From Novosphingobium sp. (GTDB lineage: Bacteria; Pseudomonadota; Alphaproteobacteria; Sphingomonadales; Sphingomonadaceae), in NCBI GenBank assembly GCA_035563755.1, contig DATMUT010000043.1, positions 1 to 39,088 on the forward strand: a stretch of 39,088 bases of DNA, written 5' to 3'. Both the position numbers and the translations under genes were made by a program. Below are positions 35,343-39,088 of the stretch, in pieces. How positions within the stretch are numbered: the stretch's first letter is position 1; every line of letters begins with the position of its first letter. Under the pieces are notes generated by a model, which made no database searches, was not told the DNA's origin, and worked only from the letters and a program-made list of their open reading frames with translations.

Positions 35343-36035
35343 ATGCCTGACCAAATGCCGCAAGACGATACGCCCCGCAGCGACCCCGCGCCCGCCCGCC
35401 GCCGGGCCGGCTCTGCGCGCCAGCCCAAGCAGCCGCGCTCGCAGGCCTCGCTCGAGCGGATGCTGCAGGCCACGCAAGCGCTCATGCTCGAGCGGGGCAA
35501 CGAGGATTTCACCCTGCAGGATGTGGGCAATCTGGGGCAGGTGTCGATCGGCTCGATCTATCTGCGCTTTGCCGGCAAGGACAATCTGGTGCGCGCCGTC
35601 ATCGCGCAGGAGTTCGAGCGTATCGAGCATGACGAGCGCGAGATGCTGATCCGCGCCATCGGGGAATCGGCTTGCCTTGCCGATTTTATCCCGCGCTATG
35701 TGACCGCCTATGCCGAAATGCTGCGCCAGCACGCGCCCTTGCTGCGCCTCATCATGGAGCGCGCGCAGCACGACCCGCTGGTGTCGGAGCCGGGCAAGCG
35801 CATCGCCCGCAGCTCGGACGAGGCCAGCACGCAGGCGATGCTGCGCTATCGCCACGAATTTGGCGGGCAGGACCACGAGCTGAAGGCCAATGCGGCCTAT
35901 CAGATCATCTTCTCGACGCTGGCGCGCTATCTCAGCCTGGGTTCGGTGGCCGAGACGCGCGAAGAGGCGGATTGGGCCTCGCTCAAGATCGAGCTGGGGC
36001 GCATGACGCTGGCCTATCTCTCGACCGATCCGTGA
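35343..36035 (+). CDS. TetR/AcrR-family regulator
   Basis: KQPRSQASLERML...FTLQDV...VSIGSIYLRFAGKDNL. Start uncertain (35343 or 35355). Confidence 0.9.
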   Translation: MPDQMPQDDTPRSDPAPARRRAGSARQPKQPRSQASLERMLQATQALMLERGNEDFTLQDVGNLGQVSIGSIYLRFAGKDNLVRAVIAQEFERIEHDEREMLIRAIGESACLADFIPRYVTAYAEMLRQHAPLLRLIMERAQHDPLVSEPGKRIARSSDEASTQAMLRYRHEFGGQDHELKANAAYQIIFSTLARYLSLGSVAETREEADWASLKIELGRMTLAYLSTDP

Positions 36036-37222
36036 AGCGCGGGGGCGCGGGCCTGGCAGGCGCGCAGGGCCGCGACAAAGGCGGGCACTTGCGAGGCATC
36101 GAGCCCGGCAATGTTGATCCGCCCCGATTCCGGCACATAGATCGCATGGTCGCGCCGCAGCGCCTGCGCCAGCCCCCGGGGCAGGTCGAGCAGGCTGAAC
36201 ATGCCGCTTTGCGCCGGGATGGCGCTCAGGTCGACCGCGCCCGCCACGCCTGCCGCCCCCAGCGCCGCGCGCGTTTCGCGCAGGCGCAGGGCCATGCCGG
36301 CCAGCTCGTCGCGCCACTGCGCCTCAAGCTGCGGATCGTGCAGAATGGCGGCGACAATGGCCGCCCCATGCGCTGGCGGCATCGAGTAATTGGCGCGGGC
36401 CAGCGCCTGCAGGTTGCCCGCCATCAGCGCGCGCTGCGGGGCATGGGTGCTGTGGGCCAACAGCGCGCCCACCCGCTCGCGGTACAGGCCGAAATTCTTG
36501 CTGCAGGAATAGGCCACCAGCGCCTCGGGCAACTGGTCGAGCAACAGCGCCAGTAGCGCGGCATCCTCGGCCAGCGCGCCGCCAAAGCCGTGATAGGCCA
36601 CATCGACCAGCGCCACCAGGCCGCGCGCGGCGATCATCTGGCCCGCCGCCACGATTTGCGCGGGCGAGAGGCCAGCGCCCGTGGGGTTGTGGCAGAAAGG
36701 CTGCAGCAGCACCGCATCGCCCGGCGCTGCCTGCGCGATCGCCTCGAGCAGCGCCTCGGGCAGCAGTTTTTGCCGGGCCACATCGAATTGCGCGAAGCAG
36801 CGCGTGTGCAGGCCGGCCGCCGCCATGACCGGCACATGGTTCGACCAGCTGGGCGTGCCGATCCAGATCTGGCGATCGGCCTTGCCCGCCTTCAGCAGGT
36901 CGGCCGCCAGGCGCAGCGCGCCGGTGCCGCCCGGCGTTTGCATGGCCAGCAGGTCGGGCTGCGGCCTGCCCAGCGCCAGCGCGCCTATCGCCTCGAGAAA
37001 GGCCGGGTCGCCCTCGACGCCCAGATAGGCCTTGCTGGCCTGTTCGCGCCACAGCGCCAGTTCGGCCGCCTTTACCGCCTGCATGACCGGCGTGTGCCCG
37101 CTGGCGGCGCGATAGACGCCCACGCTCAGGTCGAGGCGCGCGGGGCGGGTGTCCTGCCGCGCGGAGCGGGCCAGGGCAAGCAGGGGGTCGGCAGGCTGGG
37201 GCAACAGGTCGGGAAAGGGCAC
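36014..37222 (-). CDS. tyrB: Aromatic amino acid/aspartate aminotransferase (class I PLP, TyrB/AspC type)
   Basis: DLSVGVYR, QTPGGTGAL, CHNPTG, DVAYHGF, SCSKNFGLYRERVG, SGRINIAG. Confidence 0.88.
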   Translation of the reverse strand: MPFPDLLPQPADPLLALARSARQDTRPARLDLSVGVYRAASGHTPVMQAVKAAELALWREQASKAYLGVEGDPAFLEAIGALALGRPQPDLLAMQTPGGTGALRLAADLLKAGKADRQIWIGTPSWSNHVPVMAAAGLHTRCFAQFDVARQKLLPEALLEAIAQAAPGDAVLLQPFCHNPTGAGLSPAQIVAAGQMIAARGLVALVDVAYHGFGGALAEDAALLALLLDQLPEALVAYSCSKNFGLYRERVGALLAHSTHAPQRALMAGNLQALARANYSMPPAHGAAIVAAILHDPQLEAQWRDELAGMALRLRETRAALGAAGVAGAVDLSAIPAQSGMFSLLDLPRGLAQALRRDHAIYVPESGRINIAGLDASQVPAFVAALRACQARAPALHGSVER

Positions 37223-37404
37223 TGGCAGGTCCGTGTGAGAGAAGGGCCGGCGATGGTGCCGAGCCTTTTCAACCTATCGCAGCGGGCGGGAATGCGGCTT
37301 GCATTCTTGGCGGGTTTGTGCCGATAATTGAGGATATTTTGCATGTTTTGCCCATAATGCGCACACAGCTTGCGCAGGGCTATCCGCATCAGGAGGCGCT
37401 TTTC

Positions 37405-37884
37405 ATGACCATTGCCGGCCGGCTCGACCAGTTCGACCGCAGGATACTGGCCTGCCTGCAAGAGCAGGGCGACATTGGCCCGAGCGAGCTGAGCGGCAAG
37501 GTACACTTGTCGGCCTCGCAATGTTCGCGCCGTTTGCAGCGGCTCAAGGACGAGGGGTATATCGAAAACATCGTGGCCGTGCTCGACAAGAGCAAGCTGC
37601 GGCTGGGGGTGTCGTCCTATGTGGTGGTCAAGATAAAGGACCATTCGCCTGCGGCCGAAAGGCGGGTAAATGCGCTCATGTCCTCGCTCGACGAAGTGGT
37701 GTCGTGCGAATATCTGGCGGGCGAGGCCGATTACATGATCAAGGTCGTCACGCGCGATCTGGAAAGCTACGCCAGCTTCATTTCGGACAAGCTGATGTCG
37801 AGCGGGGACATCGAGTCCGTGCGCTCAAGCATTGTCCTCAAATGGATGAAGCGGACCACCGCCCTGCCGCTCGATTTCTGCTGA
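37405..37884 (+). CDS. Lrp/AsnC-family regulator divergent from the aminotransferase
   Basis: LDQFDRRILACLQ...VHLSASQCSRRLQRL, GEADYMIKV, KRTTALPL. Confidence 0.92.
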   Translation: MTIAGRLDQFDRRILACLQEQGDIGPSELSGKVHLSASQCSRRLQRLKDEGYIENIVAVLDKSKLRLGVSSYVVVKIKDHSPAAERRVNALMSSLDEVVSCEYLAGEADYMIKVVTRDLESYASFISDKLMSSGDIESVRSSIVLKWMKRTTALPLDFC

Positions 37885-38046
37885 AGCGGGCAGGGGCGAG
37901 CCGAAACAGAATTGCATAATCTGTCCGATGGGCGATTTGCATGCATGAAGCTTGCGCAAAATTGGCAAATTTACCCATATATTTGTGCGCAATGCGAATA
38001 AACTGGCACATAATTGCAGATTTATGGCATTCTGCGCATGGTGGTC

Positions 38047-38075
38047 TTGACGGTCACTGGAGTGGCCGATAGCGT
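38047..38075 (+). promoter_or_regulatory. Putative sigma70-type promoter TTGACG-N17-TAGCGT
   Basis: -35 at 38047-38052 and -10 at 38070-38075, upstream of the terminal TonB receptor. Confidence 0.5.
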
Positions 38076-38238
38076 TTTGGCATCGGCGCCGCGCTGGCCA
38101 TACAGCCAGGCAAACCAGCACCGAAAGAACGGATCGCAACAAGCAGATCCGGCACAGATGCTCGCAGGGGGCGGCACGGACTCGTAGGCAATCGAGCGTG
38201 TGCGCCTGTCGCACACGCCCTTAAATGGGGGTTACATA

Positions 38239-39088
38239 ATGGATTTTCGCAGGGTTGCGCGTCATCGGCTGACGCGCCTGTCGTTGCTGTGCGCCTCGGC
38301 CATGTGCCAGGCGGCCATGCCCGCCCACGCACAAAGCGCGCCTCAGGCCGCCCCGCAGGATACGGGCGGCGACATCGTCGTGACCGCGCTCAAGCGCGAC
38401 ACCAACCTTCAGGACACGCCCATCTCGATCTCGGCGGTGGCCGGCGACACGCTGGTCAAGTCGGGCGTGCGCGACATTGCCGGGCTGAACGCGCCCAGCC
38501 TGAATTTCGTTGATGGCGGCCCGTCGAACCGGCGCGTGGTCATTCGCGGCATCCAGGCCGCGGGCGAACCCACCGTGGGCGTCTATTACGACGAAACCCC
38601 CGTAACGGGCGTTGTCGGGTCGAGCAGCGATGCGGGCGGCACCACGCCCGAACTGCGCCTGTTCGACGTGTCGCGCATCGAGGTGCTGCGCGGGCCGCAG
38701 GGCACGCTGTATGGCGCCGGGTCGATGGGCGGCACGCTGCGCGTCATCTACAACAAGCCAACCTTCAAGACCGAGGGCGCGGCCGACGCGACCGTTTCCT
38801 CGACCGATGGCGGCGGGCTGAATTACACGTTCAACGGCATGGTCAACCTGCCGATCGTGCGCGATCTGGCGGCGTTGCGCGTCTCGGGCTTTTACAGCCA
38901 CGATGCCGGCTATATCGACAATGTGGCGCTGGGCATCAACAACATCAACCAGACCAAGATCTATGGCGGCCGCGCGCAATTGCGCATCACGCCCGCGCAT
39001 AACGTCACGATCGACCTGGCCGCCTTCCTCAACCGCACCCGCACCGATACCAACAGCTGGACGCTCGAGGCCGGGCGCTTTGTCAGCG
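38239..39088 (+). CDS. TonB-dependent receptor, 3' partial (absent from the ORF track)
   Basis: Manual translation: MDFRRVARHRLTRLSLLCASAMCQAAMPAHAQ...DIVVTALKRDTNLQDTPISISAV...VGVYYDETP...IEVLRGPQGTLYGAGSMGG. Runs off the window. Confidence 0.88.
   Translation, partial: MDFRRVARHRLTRLSLLCASAMCQAAMPAHAQSAPQAAPQDTGGDIVVTALKRDTNLQDTPISISAVAGDTLVKSGVRDIAGLNAPSLNFVDGGPSNRRVVIRGIQAAGEPTVGVYYDETPVTGVVGSSSDAGGTTPELRLFDVSRIEVLRGPQGTLYGAGSMGGTLRVIYNKPTFKTEGAADATVSSTDGGGLNYTFNGMVNLPIVRDLAALRVSGFYSHDAGYIDNVALGINNINQTKIYGGRAQLRITPAHNVTIDLAAFLNRTRTDTNSWTLEAGRFVS

Noticed and set aside
38004-38018. Sigma54-like TGGCAC...TTGCA
   Set aside because: GG-to-GC spacing is 9 nt, not the required 10.
1-39088. 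Transposases, integrases, tRNA or rRNA genes
   Set aside because: None recognised in any frame or intergenic region.

Overview
High-GC alphaproteobacterial DNA, probably a sphingomonad (inferred from gene style and the TonB receptors). It comes from a secondary replicon: parA-parB-rep (RPA-type initiator), three parS-like palindromes and an iteron array lie at 23.0-26.9 kb. Left arm: a CrbS/MxtR-like hybrid kinase with a NarL-type regulator, an aromatic-acid-type MFS plus alginate-export-family porin, and frmA with a VOC gene and a LysR. Next is a lanthanide-type PQQ methanol dehydrogenase cluster (xoxF, xoxG-like, xoxJ-like, small Cys protein, second cytochrome c, and a fused helical/YVTN beta-propeller protein). 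Then come a Phd-RelE/ParE toxin-antitoxin pair and a LysR/LLM/M24/NtaA/TonB-receptor block suggesting organosulfur or heteroatom scavenging. Right arm: a probable C-glycoside/3-keto-glycoside cleavage locus (TonB receptor, Hyi-like isomerase, GPH transporter, ThuA, GlcG/HbpS, deglycosidase alpha and beta subunits, TetR) with no oxidase in the window. It is followed by an aromatic aminotransferase, an Lrp and a third TonB receptor that runs off the end. All calls rest on motif recognition by eye; no searches were run.
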